A DNA stretch of 64,000 nucleotides from a candidate division FCPU426 bacterium (GCA_963719085.1 CAVRAL010000004.1:1-64000); one strand, 5' to 3'; positions 10,077 to 19,998 are shown, counted from the first letter of the stretch. Notes: a model not told the origin generated them from the letters alone. Made by a program: numbers and translations.

Positions 10077-10751
10077 TTAGAACTTCGGCATCCCCGAAGG
10101 CATCCCGGCTCCCATTCCCTGCAACATGTCGCTCATATTTTTGTAGTCCGAGGGGACCGTAAAAAGCGCCGAATCCAGGCTTTTGGGGTCCACTTTGGTG
10201 GCCACCATGTTCATGCTTCCCTTGCCGCCTTGCGAATCCACCTCCAAGGGGAAAAAACCGTTCTTCTTTAATGCGTCGGCCCAGGAAGTGTCCGGACCCT
10301 GGCCGCCAGGCCCTTTGCCCATCATAAAAAACCCGATTCCCTTGGCTCCCCAAACGGAAGTCGTTCCGTGTTCGGTCGTGACCGCCCATTCCTCGGTGTT
10401 ATAGCCCAGGATGGTTTTGGTTTTTCCCGTTTTTTTGACGTCGAATTTGGCCGTACCCGGCCTCTTTTCGGATTTCGGGATGTCCGAAGTCATGTACATT
10501 TTTTGCTCCGGCATCAGCATGTAAATTTTCTGATCGGGCAAGTCCATAATGTCCACCACATCATGCCCTTTCATGTTCATCTGCAGGCGGGCCTTACCGT
10601 CCTTCAAGAGATAGGTCATGTCGCTTTGATCACCATTGCTCATGGTCACATGATAATCCACTTCCCCCTCGAATTGGCCAGCCTGGGACAGGCTGATACC
10701 CAACCCAAAAACCGCCATCAGGGACAACAAACACTTAAGAATAGTCTTCAT
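10077..10751 (-). CDS. Exported DUF4412-like protein
   Basis: Signal peptide, 'FEGEVDY', 'KTGKTKTILGY', 'LFTVPSDYK'. Confidence 0.75.
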   Translation of the reverse strand: MKTILKCLLSLMAVFGLGISLSQAGQFEGEVDYHVTMSNGDQSDMTYLLKDGKARLQMNMKGHDVVDIMDLPDQKIYMLMPEQKMYMTSDIPKSEKRPGTAKFDVKKTGKTKTILGYNTEEWAVTTEHGTTSVWGAKGIGFFMMGKGPGGQGPDTSWADALKKNGFFPLEVDSQGGKGSMNMVATKVDPKSLDSALFTVPSDYKNMSDMLQGMGAGMPSGMPKF

Positions 10752-10869
10752 GGTTTCTCCTTGCGATTTTAAATGGCCGCCTAACCCGGCCGACCAGAGC
10801 CTACTTTATCCGAAGGCCTGAGCCCAAAACAATAATTTTAAAAACAAAGTAGATCCGAAAAGGACGGGA

Positions 10870-12234
10870 TTAAAACCCATCCATCTGCATGCCGCCCCAT
10901 TGGAAATAAAACTGGTAGGTAAAGGGATTTCCCGCGTAAGCGGTTTGATAGGCGGCGGGCAATTGATCGCTGGTGATTTGAGAACCAAACGATAAATCCC
11001 ATCCATCCCACTTCACCAGGGAATGGCTGAACCCCAGGGTCAAGGCCGTGACCCAACGGCCGTCATCCGGATTGGAAAGCCCCGTGATCTCAAGCTCGCT
11101 GGGCGTGCGTTGAAGCACCTCGATCCGGCTGTAAAGCTTCAAGTCGCTGGTATTAAAAAGAAGCTCCTCGCAAATGGAAGAAAGCTCAGGCGAATGATCA
11201 AGGTTGGTGATCCTGCCGTAAATCAAACTGTCATGAAACCACCAGGTTTCGGACAAAGGCAGGTTGGCGTAAAGGGAGGCCGAGTAACGGCCTACGGAAT
11301 CAATGGTGGGGTCGGTCGGTTCGGGGCTTTTCACATAAGCGTAAGAAGCCATCGCCATGAACTCGGGTGAAAATTCTTGAATCAGCCGAAAGGCGAAAGA
11401 ATTAGGCGGAGCGATTGGCAGATCCACTTGAGTCGGCTCCGGCTCGGTGCCGTTAAAAGTGGACGCTTCGACATGAAACCCGCCCAGTTTTAAGGAAGCG
11501 CCTAAAACCGAACTGGAGATATGGCCCACATCCTGGCCGACATGATGGCCCAGGGGCGCGTCCGGATCCACCATGCCCGTCACCCGGTGCATGAAAGCGA
11601 TAGGCCCGTCGGTGGATTCCCCCCGGGGCGCCGCGAAAAGCTTCAAATTGCTTTTATCGTCCGCCAGCCGAATGGTGTCGCTGAGGGTCAGGCCCATCAG
11701 GGGTGAGCTGTGGGGATGCTGGGCGTCCAGGAAAGGATCGCCGTTGGATTGATTTTCCCCGATTTGAAGAAGCTCCGGATACCCATTGGAAGGAACGGTC
11801 CAAAGCTCGGCGGTGGCCATCACGTCCAAGTTCAAATACTGGGTGTCATCCAGCGTGGTTCCCAAATCAGCCATGAACATGCTGGTGGAAAAAACCGCCG
11901 CCCGGCCCCGCGGCACGCCTTCTTCCCCGATGCCGCTTAAAAAAACATTGCCATGAAGCATCAGCATGGTCATCGGCATATGGGCCATGGCCAAAGGTAT
12001 GGGCATATTCATCCCGATGTCCCAAACTTCCATATCCGATAGATCATCGGAGTTGGAGATGAAAAGATCCTCAGTTTTCATCGTCATGGAGGAAGACGCT
12101 GAATCCGGCGCGGCGCCCCAAGCGCTCGCGGCGATTAAGAATAGCCCAATTAAAAAAAACCGGGATAAAACCGACGGGATCAAGGCGGGTCCTTCAAAAT
12201 AAGCTTCGGGCCGGAAACTGGTCCGCGCGGACAA
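10870..12234 (-). CDS. Met/His-rich putative outer-membrane beta-barrel protein
   Basis: Signal peptide, Met cluster, DAQHPH/FMHR/GHH motifs, amphipathic strands, terminal Phe; start uncertain. Confidence 0.55.
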   Translation of the reverse strand: MSARTSFRPEAYFEGPALIPSVLSRFFLIGLFLIAASAWGAAPDSASSSMTMKTEDLFISNSDDLSDMEVWDIGMNMPIPLAMAHMPMTMLMLHGNVFLSGIGEEGVPRGRAAVFSTSMFMADLGTTLDDTQYLNLDVMATAELWTVPSNGYPELLQIGENQSNGDPFLDAQHPHSSPLMGLTLSDTIRLADDKSNLKLFAAPRGESTDGPIAFMHRVTGMVDPDAPLGHHVGQDVGHISSSVLGASLKLGGFHVEASTFNGTEPEPTQVDLPIAPPNSFAFRLIQEFSPEFMAMASYAYVKSPEPTDPTIDSVGRYSASLYANLPLSETWWFHDSLIYGRITNLDHSPELSSICEELLFNTSDLKLYSRIEVLQRTPSELEITGLSNPDDGRWVTALTLGFSHSLVKWDGWDLSFGSQITSDQLPAAYQTAYAGNPFTYQFYFQWGGMQMDGF

Positions 12235-12245
12235 CCTTTAATACT

Positions 12246-13103
12246 TTATTTTTTCCACAAAAGTTTCCAAGGATGGGCCTTGAGTTCTTCGACCAATCCT
12301 TTTAAATCATCCGCCGTCTGAGGGTCTTCCAGCAGAACCCCGATGGCGCCCTTGCCGCCGTGCACATCCTGGGCCAGCTGATTGACCGTAATGAGGGTGC
12401 TGTTCAGGTTTTTGATCGACGTGTTGATGTCTTTTTTATCCAGCGTCGAGCTGAGGGTCGCCAAACTGGTGGAAATGGAGGACACGCTGTTCACGATCTT
12501 GTTGACCTGACCGCTGGAATTGGAAAGGTTGCTGAGGATGGTGGTGATTTTATCCCGGCTCGTATCAGTCAGGCTGAGCAAAGCCGCCGATGTTTTATTC
12601 AGGTTGTCAAACGCCGACAAAATGCTGGCCTTGGACTTGGGATCGCCCATCATTTGCTCAAAGGTTTCCATCACGTCGCCCAATTGGCTGAAGGTCTTGT
12701 CCAAATTGTTGGCGTCTTTGCCTTCCAGGATTTCCCCGCTCTTCAACTCATCACCCGTTCCCAGGTTCGAGTCGATTTCCACGTAGCGGGAACCCAACAA
12801 TCCATCTCCATAGAGAGCGACCAGCGAGTCCGTCCTCAGCTTAAAGTCTTTCTGGGTGATCAGCATATCCACCGCGGCTTTGCCGTTATCGGGGCGGATC
12901 GCCTTAACCCGGCCCACGTCAATGCCGCCCGCGTAGCGCACGGGCGCGTTCACTTTCAAACCGCCCAAGAAATTGAAATCAGCCGTCACCACGTAGCTGC
13001 TGGGAGAAAAGGAGAAATTGGAAAGAAAAAGAACGGCAAAGGTCAGGACAAACAGGGCCGCCAGCGTCATGGCGCCGACCTTGAACTCGAGGGAATTTTT
13101 CAT
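12246..13103 (-). CDS. mlaD: MCE/MlaD family protein
   Basis: N-terminal TM, 'GLKVNAPVRYAGGIDVGRV', 'GLLGSRYVEI', helical tail; start placed at MKNSLEFK. Confidence 0.88.
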   Translation of the reverse strand: MKNSLEFKVGAMTLAALFVLTFAVLFLSNFSFSPSSYVVTADFNFLGGLKVNAPVRYAGGIDVGRVKAIRPDNGKAAVDMLITQKDFKLRTDSLVALYGDGLLGSRYVEIDSNLGTGDELKSGEILEGKDANNLDKTFSQLGDVMETFEQMMGDPKSKASILSAFDNLNKTSAALLSLTDTSRDKITTILSNLSNSSGQVNKIVNSVSSISTSLATLSSTLDKKDINTSIKNLNSTLITVNQLAQDVHGGKGAIGVLLEDPQTADDLKGLVEELKAHPWKLLWKK

Positions 13104-13146
13104 TTTTTCTCCATTTACAGCTGGTTCAAAAAACCGCAACACCCTG

Positions 13147-13914
13147 TCATCGAATCGGGATTGGGCCGTCAACGCTTCCCGTCACAAATTGATGGATAAC
13201 CGGGTCGTCGCTTTTCTCGATCTCTTTCGGTGTCCCGCTCCCGATAATTTTGCCATCATATATCATGGCAATCCGGTTAGCTATCTGGTACGCGCTCTTC
13301 ATGTCGTGGGTCACCACCACGGACGTTACTTTCAATTTTTTCTGCATGTCCAAAATAAGCTCGTCAATGGCCGCCGAAGAGACCGGGTCCAATCCGGAAG
13401 TGGGCTCGTCATAAAGGATGATTTCCGGGTTCACCGCGATGGCCCGGGCCAAACCGACCCTTTTACGCATACCGCCCGACAATTGGGACGGCTTCAAATC
13501 CAAAAGGTCGTCTTTGAGCCCCACCAATTCCAATTTTTCCCGCACCACTGGAACCGCCTGGGCCCGGGTCATTTTAAAATCCCGTAAAAGACGGAAGGCC
13601 ACATTCTCAAAAACCGTCAAGGAATCAAAAAGGGCCGCGTATTGAAAAACCACCCCCATTTTTTTGCGCAGTTCGTTCAACGCTTCTTCTGTCAAGTGCG
13701 CCACGTCCTGGCCTTCCACCCAGACCTGTCCCGAATCAGGCGCGAGAAGTCCGGCGATATGTTTCAAAATCGTGCTTTTCCCGACGCCGGAGCGTCCGAT
13801 AATGACCAGGGTCTCGCCCGCCACGACCGAAAGATCCACCCCGTCCAAAACCTTCCGATCCCCGAATTGTTTAAAAACTTTCTCCAAGCGGATGATGCTT
13901 TGACTTTTTTCCAT
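13147..13914 (-). CDS. mlaF: MlaF/Mkl ABC ATPase
   Basis: GRSGVGKS, LSGGMRKRVGLARA, DEPTSGLDP. Confidence 0.92.
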   Translation of the reverse strand: MEKSQSIIRLEKVFKQFGDRKVLDGVDLSVVAGETLVIIGRSGVGKSTILKHIAGLLAPDSGQVWVEGQDVAHLTEEALNELRKKMGVVFQYAALFDSLTVFENVAFRLLRDFKMTRAQAVPVVREKLELVGLKDDLLDLKPSQLSGGMRKRVGLARAIAVNPEIILYDEPTSGLDPVSSAAIDELILDMQKKLKVTSVVVTHDMKSAYQIANRIAMIYDGKIIGSGTPKEIEKSDDPVIHQFVTGSVDGPIPIR

Positions 13915-13926
13915 GGTTTGATTGCC

Positions 13927-14712
13927 TTAAAAGTGGATGACGGTCAAAATCGCCGTCAGGAAGTAGTCCGAAATAAGAATCAACATGAATGAAAAGACCA
14001 CCGCGTTGGTCGTGGCTTTCCCCACCCCTTCGGCGCCGTTGGTGGTGGCGAAACCTTGCCAGCAGGAAACCACCGCGATGATCGCGCCGAAAACCAAGGA
14101 CTTGATAAGTCCGCCGATGACATCCTCAACCAATAACGAGGATTGGGTGCTTTCAATGTAAACCGTGGAGGTCGTGAACCGCATGGAACTGATGAAAAGG
14201 CCGCCCGCCCATCCGATAAGATCGGCGAAAATGGTCAGCAAAGGCAGCGTCAAGGTGAAGGCCAAAAAACGCGGCACGGCCAAATATTTCACCGGGTTGG
14301 CCGCCAGCGTGTACAAAGCGTCGATTTGTTCGGTCACCTGCATGGTGCCGATTTCCGCCGCCGCCGCCGAGCCCATCCGGCCCGCGATGACCATGGCCGT
14401 CAGCACCGGACCCAGCTCCCGAACCAAGGAAAGCGACACGACGGATCCTAAAAATTGGGAGACACCTTTAATTTTCGTTTCCAAGGTATAACCCGCTTGC
14501 AGGGCCAGCACCATTCCGGTGAATAGCGCGGTCGTCAGGGCCACCGGAATGGATTCCACCCCGATCTTCACCATCTGGCGCAGGATCAATTCGCGGTCAA
14601 AGGGTTTTTTGAACATCCAATGGAAAATTCCCAAGGTCAATAAGGCGATTTGGCCTATCTGGGTGATCAAAGAAATGATGTAAGAACCGAAATCCTCGAT
14701 GAGAGAGGCCAA
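13927..14712 (-). CDS. mlaE: MlaE permease
   Basis: RELGPVLTA, AEIGTMQVTEQIDAL, GAEGVGKATT. Confidence 0.93.
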   Translation of the reverse strand: MASLIEDFGSYIISLITQIGQIALLTLGIFHWMFKKPFDRELILRQMVKIGVESIPVALTTALFTGMVLALQAGYTLETKIKGVSQFLGSVVSLSLVRELGPVLTAMVIAGRMGSAAAAEIGTMQVTEQIDALYTLAANPVKYLAVPRFLAFTLTLPLLTIFADLIGWAGGLFISSMRFTTSTVYIESTQSSLLVEDVIGGLIKSLVFGAIIAVVSCWQGFATTNGAEGVGKATTNAVVFSFMLILISDYFLTAILTVIHF

Positions 14713-14725
14713 GTTGAAGAACTCC

Positions 14726-15868
14726 TTATTTCACGTAAACCCGGGGCACCCGTTCACCCACGGCGCAAAGCAGCTCGTAAGAAATCGTCCCCGCCAGGGT
14801 AGCTTGTTCCTCCACCGAAAGAAACCTCCCGCCATCCCGGCCAAAAAGGGTGGCCGTGTCTCCGACTTGGACCCCGGGCACCAAACTCACGTCGGCCATG
14901 GTCATATCCATGCAAATGGTCCCAATCAAAGGAACCTTTTGACCCCGGACCAGACAGTGGCCTTTATTCGAAAGCGCGCGGTGAAGCCCGTCGGCGTAGC
15001 CAACGCCTAAAGTGGCGACCCTTGTTTTTTTCTTCGTGAAAAAGGTGCGGCCATAACTGACCGATTGTCCCTTTTCCAGGGTTTTTAAATGAATGATCCG
15101 GGCCTTCAATTGCATGGCCGGAGTGAGGGAAACCCGGTCTTTTAAAGCGGGACTGGGCGACACGCCGTAAAGCGCGATTCCCGGCCGGGCCCAAGCGGTG
15201 GGCTTTCGGATGGACTGGGTCAAAAGAGCGGCGCTATTGGCGAGATGGGTGGGAATATTCTTTTCTTTGTCGGATAAAAATAAGCGGACTTGACCCAGGA
15301 CTTTTTTAAAAGTTTCCATTTGAAGGGCCGCGTAACCGGGATCCTCCCAGTCCGCCGTGGCGAAGTGGGCGTAAAAAGCCTCGATCTTAAGATGGGGAAG
15401 TTTCCAAAGCCGTCCTAATTCAACCACGATTTCTTCCGGCCTAAAACCCACCCGGCCCATTCCGGTATCCAATTCCACGTGGACCGGAAGGGTTTTAATT
15501 TTTAGTTTTTTTGCGGCTTCCGAAACCGCCAAGGCTCCCTCGTAAGAACTAATTTGGGGAATGAGTTTGGCCTTTAAAAGCTCGGGCACCTCGGCTTTTA
15601 AGACCGGCGCCACGACCAAGATGGGGGCTTTAACCCCCGCCCGGCGCAACGCCGCGCCCTCCTGGGGAAAGGCCACCGCCAATCCATAAGCGCCGGCTTT
15701 TAAAAAAGCTTTGGAAACGGGGATCAGCCCATGGCCGTAGGCGTTGGCCTTGACCATGGCGAAAAGACCGGAAGGGCGCGCCAAATTTTTGAGGTTTTTT
15801 AAATTTTGCCCAAGCGCCCCCAAGGAAACTTCAGCCCAAGCGGGGGTGGAGGGAGCGTGGGGCTTCAT
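14726..15868 (-). CDS. alr: Alanine racemase
   Basis: VKANAYGHG, DTGMGRVG, GYADG, ICMD; start placed at MKPHAP, just after the dnaB stop. Confidence 0.95.
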   Translation of the reverse strand: MKPHAPSTPAWAEVSLGALGQNLKNLKNLARPSGLFAMVKANAYGHGLIPVSKAFLKAGAYGLAVAFPQEGAALRRAGVKAPILVVAPVLKAEVPELLKAKLIPQISSYEGALAVSEAAKKLKIKTLPVHVELDTGMGRVGFRPEEIVVELGRLWKLPHLKIEAFYAHFATADWEDPGYAALQMETFKKVLGQVRLFLSDKEKNIPTHLANSAALLTQSIRKPTAWARPGIALYGVSPSPALKDRVSLTPAMQLKARIIHLKTLEKGQSVSYGRTFFTKKKTRVATLGVGYADGLHRALSNKGHCLVRGQKVPLIGTICMDMTMADVSLVPGVQVGDTATLFGRDGGRFLSVEEQATLAGTISYELLCAVGERVPRVYVK

Positions 15869-15875
15869 GAGTGGC

Positions 15876-17258
15876 TCATCGCTCCGAAACCCTGGACTTC
15901 GACTCGAAAGATGTATATTCACGTCGGAAAACTACCGGAATATTTTCTGTCGGTCCATTACGCTGCTTGGCCAATACTAATTCATGGATAAACTGGCTGG
16001 CATCATCCGGAGATTTTTCTTTATGAATAAAGAGAACTACGTCGGCATCCTGCTCGATGGCGCCTGATTCGCGCAAATCCGATAGGACGGGCCGTTTTTC
16101 TTCCTGGCCCTTTTGCGGGCGCGATAACTGGGACAAAACTACCACAGGTATATCCAAATCTTTAGCCAAGGCTTTCAACTGACGGGAAATATAGGAGATT
16201 TCTTGCTCGCGACTATCTGTGCGAATTCCAGCCTGGATTAGCTGGAGATAATCAATCATGAGCAAGTCGATATTATGTTGCCGTTTTAAACGTCGAGCCT
16301 TTGCCTTGAGCTCTAAAACCGAAAGAGCCGAAGTATCATCTATAAATAATTTGGCTTCGTTATAAATGTCGCCCGTAACCGCGACTAATCTGCCCACTTC
16401 ACCAGAATCCAAATAACCCGACCGGGCCTTTTTCAAATCAATCCGGGCCACGGAGCACAAAAGACGCAAGGCCAGCTGTTTAGCAGTCATTTCGATCGAG
16501 AAAAAACCAACAGCATATTTTTTTTTCAGGCCATTTGTACCCATACATGCATGTTGGGCAATGTTCAAGGCCAAGCTGGTTTTTCCCATCGAAGGCCGGG
16601 CTCCTACAACAATCATTTCAGATGATTGGAAACCCGCAGTTAGTTCATCAAGATCCGGGAAACCCGTGGGCAATCCCGTGATGTGTGTATTATGTTTTGC
16701 TAGATCGTTAACGTATTCAAATGTCCTGCCGATAAGTTCTTTTATAGTGGAAACATCTTTGGTATCCCGAAGCTCGGTGGCCTCAAAGATACGGTGCTCG
16801 GCCTGGTCCAAAAGTTCTTTGATCGGCTGGTTTTCGGAATAAGCGTCCGCCACCACTTGGGTGGCCGCCGTGATGAGCCGCCGGGCCGCGGATTTTTCAC
16901 GGACAATCTGGGCGTAATACTCCGCGTTGGCGGCGGTCGGTACCCGGTCGATCAAGGCCGTGATGGCCGAAACGCCGCCCACCATCTCAAAATCGTTCGT
17001 GCGCTTGAGCTCATTAGTGAGGGTGATGACGTCCACCGGTTCTTTGCGGTCGTCCAAGGCCACCACGGCCAGGTACATTTTTCGGTGCGCTTCCCGGTAA
17101 AAATCCTCGGCCCGGCAAATCGGAATGACCGAGCGGATGGCGTCTTGGGAAAGCATCATGGCGCCGAGAACGGATTGTTCGGCTTCCAGGTCTTGAGGCG
17201 GCACCCGCACCTCGGATCCAACCGGCGACATCGATGAATTTTTTCTGAGGACTTCCAT
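15876..17258 (-). CDS. dnaB: Replicative DNA helicase (no intein)
   Basis: PPQDLEAEQSVLG, GARPSMGKT, IDYLQL, SDLRESGAIEQDAD, KQRNGPT. Confidence 0.97.
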   Translation of the reverse strand: MEVLRKNSSMSPVGSEVRVPPQDLEAEQSVLGAMMLSQDAIRSVIPICRAEDFYREAHRKMYLAVVALDDRKEPVDVITLTNELKRTNDFEMVGGVSAITALIDRVPTAANAEYYAQIVREKSAARRLITAATQVVADAYSENQPIKELLDQAEHRIFEATELRDTKDVSTIKELIGRTFEYVNDLAKHNTHITGLPTGFPDLDELTAGFQSSEMIVVGARPSMGKTSLALNIAQHACMGTNGLKKKYAVGFFSIEMTAKQLALRLLCSVARIDLKKARSGYLDSGEVGRLVAVTGDIYNEAKLFIDDTSALSVLELKAKARRLKRQHNIDLLMIDYLQLIQAGIRTDSREQEISYISRQLKALAKDLDIPVVVLSQLSRPQKGQEEKRPVLSDLRESGAIEQDADVVLFIHKEKSPDDASQFIHELVLAKQRNGPTENIPVVFRREYTSFESKSRVSER

Positions 17259-17273
17259 GAAAACTCCGGAACC

Positions 17274-17385
17274 AGTTGATAACGGAAAGTTATTTTAACC
17301 GGGCCAAGAAAAACAAAGTGAACTTTTTTCGAGGAGGATTCTGCGGAGGGGGTTTTATCCCGAAACTATGCACCGGTTATCAACA
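17274..17385. promoter_or_regulatory. Putative DnaA-box cluster upstream of dnaB
   Basis: TTATCAACA at 17377, weaker CTATGCACC (17366) and TTATCCCGA (17355), inverted TTATCAACT at 17274-17282. Confidence 0.45.
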
Positions 17386-17396
17386 TCGAGATCCGC

Positions 17397-17840
17397 TTAA
17401 AGCGCCAGAACCTCAACCGTAAGCGAAGCTGAAATTTCGTGATGCAGTTTCAACTTGGCCGAATGGACTCCCACTAACCGGATCGGATCGTCCAGCACGA
17501 TTTTCTTTTTATCGACCTCAAAACCCTTTTGCTTCAAAGCGTCGGCGATCTCGGACGAGGTGACCGAGCCGAATAAATGGCCTTCCGTGCCCGCCTTGTG
17601 CTTAATCACCACCCGGACCTTTTCCAGTTGGGAAGCCAATTGAAGGGATTCTTCTTTTTCCCGGGCCAGTTTTTTCTCCTGGGCCTTCTGCCCTTCCTGC
17701 ACTTGCTTCAGCGCCCCGCCGGAAGCTTCCACTCCTAGGCCGTTGGGAATGAGAAAATTGCGGGCGTAGCCTTCCTTCACTTCCAACACTTCGCCCTTTT
17801 TCCCGATTTTTTTAACGTCCTGGATCAATAAGACTTTCAT
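17397..17840 (-). CDS. rplI: 50S ribosomal protein L9
   Basis: MKVLLIQDV, GYARNFLIP, LFGSVT. Confidence 0.97.
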   Translation of the reverse strand: MKVLLIQDVKKIGKKGEVLEVKEGYARNFLIPNGLGVEASGGALKQVQEGQKAQEKKLAREKEESLQLASQLEKVRVVIKHKAGTEGHLFGSVTSSEIADALKQKGFEVDKKKIVLDDPIRLVGVHSAKLKLHHEISASLTVEVLAL

Positions 17841-18613
17841 GGATTGTTCTCTTTCGAAGGAGTCGCCTTCAATTTCCGTAAATCAAACCAGATATCCTGG
17901 ATGCCCAGGCAGGCCACCAAAGCGATGGTCTGAGGCAAAAAAAACTGAAACATAAAAAAATAACAAACGATCCTCCAAAAAACAGACAAACCCCACTTAT
18001 GAAAATAAAAGGAAACGATGCTTAGACCGGCCAAAGCGTAGAGCCCGATGAAAAAAACCAGCAAATTATCGCCCACCAGATCACCCAAACTGTTTTCCGG
18101 CGTGAGAAGCTTCAACTTCAAAAGGCAGGCCGCGATGAAACCAAAGATAAAAAATTCAGGCAAAACCCAAAACCGAAAGGCCAGGGGCCTTTGCACCCGG
18201 ACCGTGATGCGCAAAAGCAGCGCGGAGGCCAGGTAATAAGAGACCAGCCCCGCGATCAGGCACCCCACCGCGATCCAAGCCGGCAGGGAAAAGAAAAAAT
18301 ATTTCAGGGTGATGGCCTTCAGCAGGTCGAGCGTCTCAGGCGTGAGCCCTGATTTTAAAAGCGGGCCCGATTCCGCCGCGAACCAAGCGTCAAATAGATT
18401 CCGCCATTGGGCCATGTCATCAACAACGCTGGACTGCGTGGAAAAAAAGCAAGCCGCCACGAAAAGAACGGCTCCAAAAGTTCCGGCCAAAACCACCCAT
18501 TGGGAATGAAAACCGCGCAGCAAAGCCCAAGCGGAAGCCAGGCTGGCGACGGCGAAAATCACCGCCACCAGCAGGACGTCCAACGCGAGCAATCCCAAGA
18601 TCGGCGAAGCCAT
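17837..18613 (-). CDS. DUF2232/YybS-like membrane protein
   Basis: Multi-TM, 'DIWFDLRK' C-terminus, conserved position between rpsR and rplI. Confidence 0.75.
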   Translation of the reverse strand: MASPILGLLALDVLLVAVIFAVASLASAWALLRGFHSQWVVLAGTFGAVLFVAACFFSTQSSVVDDMAQWRNLFDAWFAAESGPLLKSGLTPETLDLLKAITLKYFFFSLPAWIAVGCLIAGLVSYYLASALLLRITVRVQRPLAFRFWVLPEFFIFGFIAACLLKLKLLTPENSLGDLVGDNLLVFFIGLYALAGLSIVSFYFHKWGLSVFWRIVCYFFMFQFFLPQTIALVACLGIQDIWFDLRKLKATPSKENNP

Positions 18614-18631
18614 GGGGCCGCCTCTTCTTAA

Positions 18632-18970
18632 TTAATTATGGGCGAAAGGCAGCAGGGCGATGTTCCGGGCCCGGTTGATGGCCTGGGTCAATTCCCGTTG
18701 GTGCGAAGCGCAGGTGCCCGTCATGCGGCTGGGGACAATCTTGCCCCGTTCGCTGACAAAACTACGAAGACGGTTGAAGTCTTTGTAGTCGATGGCCACG
18801 ATCTTCTCGGCGCAGAAACGGCACGATTTGCGGCGCGGACGGCGGAAACGGCCGCCACCGGGGCCACGCTCGCCATCCGGCCGGGGCGGCCGGGGGGACG
18901 AGGACGAGTGAGGCGCGTGGGACGTATGCGGCGCCGGGGCGGCGGTTGAGGTTTCTTTTCTTTCTTCCAT
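18632..18970 (-). CDS. rpsR: 30S ribosomal protein S18 with N-terminal extension
   Basis: [26 protein letters not shown]. Confidence 0.96.
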   Translation of the reverse strand: MEERKETSTAAPAPHTSHAPHSSSSPRPPRPDGERGPGGGRFRRPRRKSCRFCAEKIVAIDYKDFNRLRSFVSERGKIVPSRMTGTCASHQRELTQAINRARNIALLPFAHN

Positions 18971-19047
18971 TTTGATTTCTCCTTGGTTCTTTCAATTAGT
19001 TTTAAAGTAGGGCCGCTAGGCGGCCGGGTTTTTATTGTCGCTCAAAC

Positions 19048-19473
19048 TTAAAAGGGAATGTCTTCCTCGCTGGCTCCCGGCGCGGCGGGCCCGCTGGCCT
19101 CTTCTTCCACGGCCGGCATGGTGCCTTCCCCGCCCTTGCCCCGGTTCAGAAACTGGACGCGGTCCGCCACGACTTCCATGGAACTGCGCTTTTGGCCGTC
19201 CTCGGTTTCCCAGGACTTGCTCTGCAACCGGCCTTCCACGAAGATCGGATCGCCTTTTTTCAAATGCTCGCCCGCGGCCTCGGCTTGCTTGCGCCAGACC
19301 ACGACCGTCACGAAACAGACGTCTTCCTTCTTCTCGCCGGACTGCAGCTGGTAAACCCGGTTGATGGCCATCCGAAGATTGGCCACCGGGGCCCCGCCCG
19401 CGGTGTAACGCAGTTCAGGATCCTTCGTCAGGTTTCCCATCAAAAAAACTTTATTAAAGTTTGGCATGAGCAA
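19048..19473 (-). CDS. ssb: Single-stranded DNA-binding protein
   Basis: NKVFLMGNLTKDPELRYT, VEGRLQ, EEDIPF tail. Confidence 0.97.
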   Translation of the reverse strand: MLMPNFNKVFLMGNLTKDPELRYTAGGAPVANLRMAINRVYQLQSGEKKEDVCFVTVVVWRKQAEAAGEHLKKGDPIFVEGRLQSKSWETEDGQKRSSMEVVADRVQFLNRGKGGEGTMPAVEEEASGPAAPGASEEDIPF

Positions 19474-19494
19474 CTCCCCTTTCGGTCGTAACGA

Positions 19495-19998
19495 TTAAGA
19501 GGGTGAGTTTTGGGCTTCAGCCGAAGGCGCCGCCGGGGCCGGCGCGACGACCGCCGCGGGGGCGGAGGAGGAGGACGGCTGCGACGAGGAAGACCGAATC
19601 GTCGACGGGTTTGTCGGGCGGCTATAGCCCGGACGCGACGAGGAGCCTTCCGTGCCGGTGCTGGTCTTGACGCGGACCGGTTTCACCTTGGCCTTCAAGT
19701 GGCTGATGGTGTCCTTGACGATGGAGAACTTGATGACCTTTTCCATCAGACGCAGGTTACGTTGAACCTCGGCGATGGCTTCCACTGGAATGGACAGGTG
19801 ATAAAAGATGTAATGGCCTTCACGGTGCTTTTGCACCAAATAAGCCAGGCGGCGCTTGCCCCAGTCATCCTTCTTCAGGACCGTGCCCTTGGCCTCGGCC
19901 GTGATTTGCTCGATCTTGGTCGCGACCGCGGCGGCGTCTTCCGTCGTGGCGTTCGGGTCCAAAATGTAAATGACGTCATACTTTAAAAGATTCGACAT
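19495..19998 (-). CDS. rpsF: 30S ribosomal protein S6 with low-complexity tail
   Basis: YDVIYILDP, WGKRRLAY, EGHY. Confidence 0.95.
   Translation of the reverse strand: MSNLLKYDVIYILDPNATTEDAAAVATKIEQITAEAKGTVLKKDDWGKRRLAYLVQKHREGHYIFYHLSIPVEAIAEVQRNLRLMEKVIKFSIVKDTISHLKAKVKPVRVKTSTGTEGSSSRPGYSRPTNPSTIRSSSSQPSSSSAPAAVVAPAPAAPSAEAQNSPS

Noticed and set aside
12360..13199. Long plus-strand ORFs antisense to mlaD and the fecR-like gene (also 23095-23940)
   Set aside because: Antisense shadows typical of GC-rich coding DNA; the minus-strand proteins carry the family motifs.
15876..17258. Intein in DnaB
   Set aside because: 460 aa is the normal length and the motifs are contiguous; no Hint or LAGLIDADG sequence.
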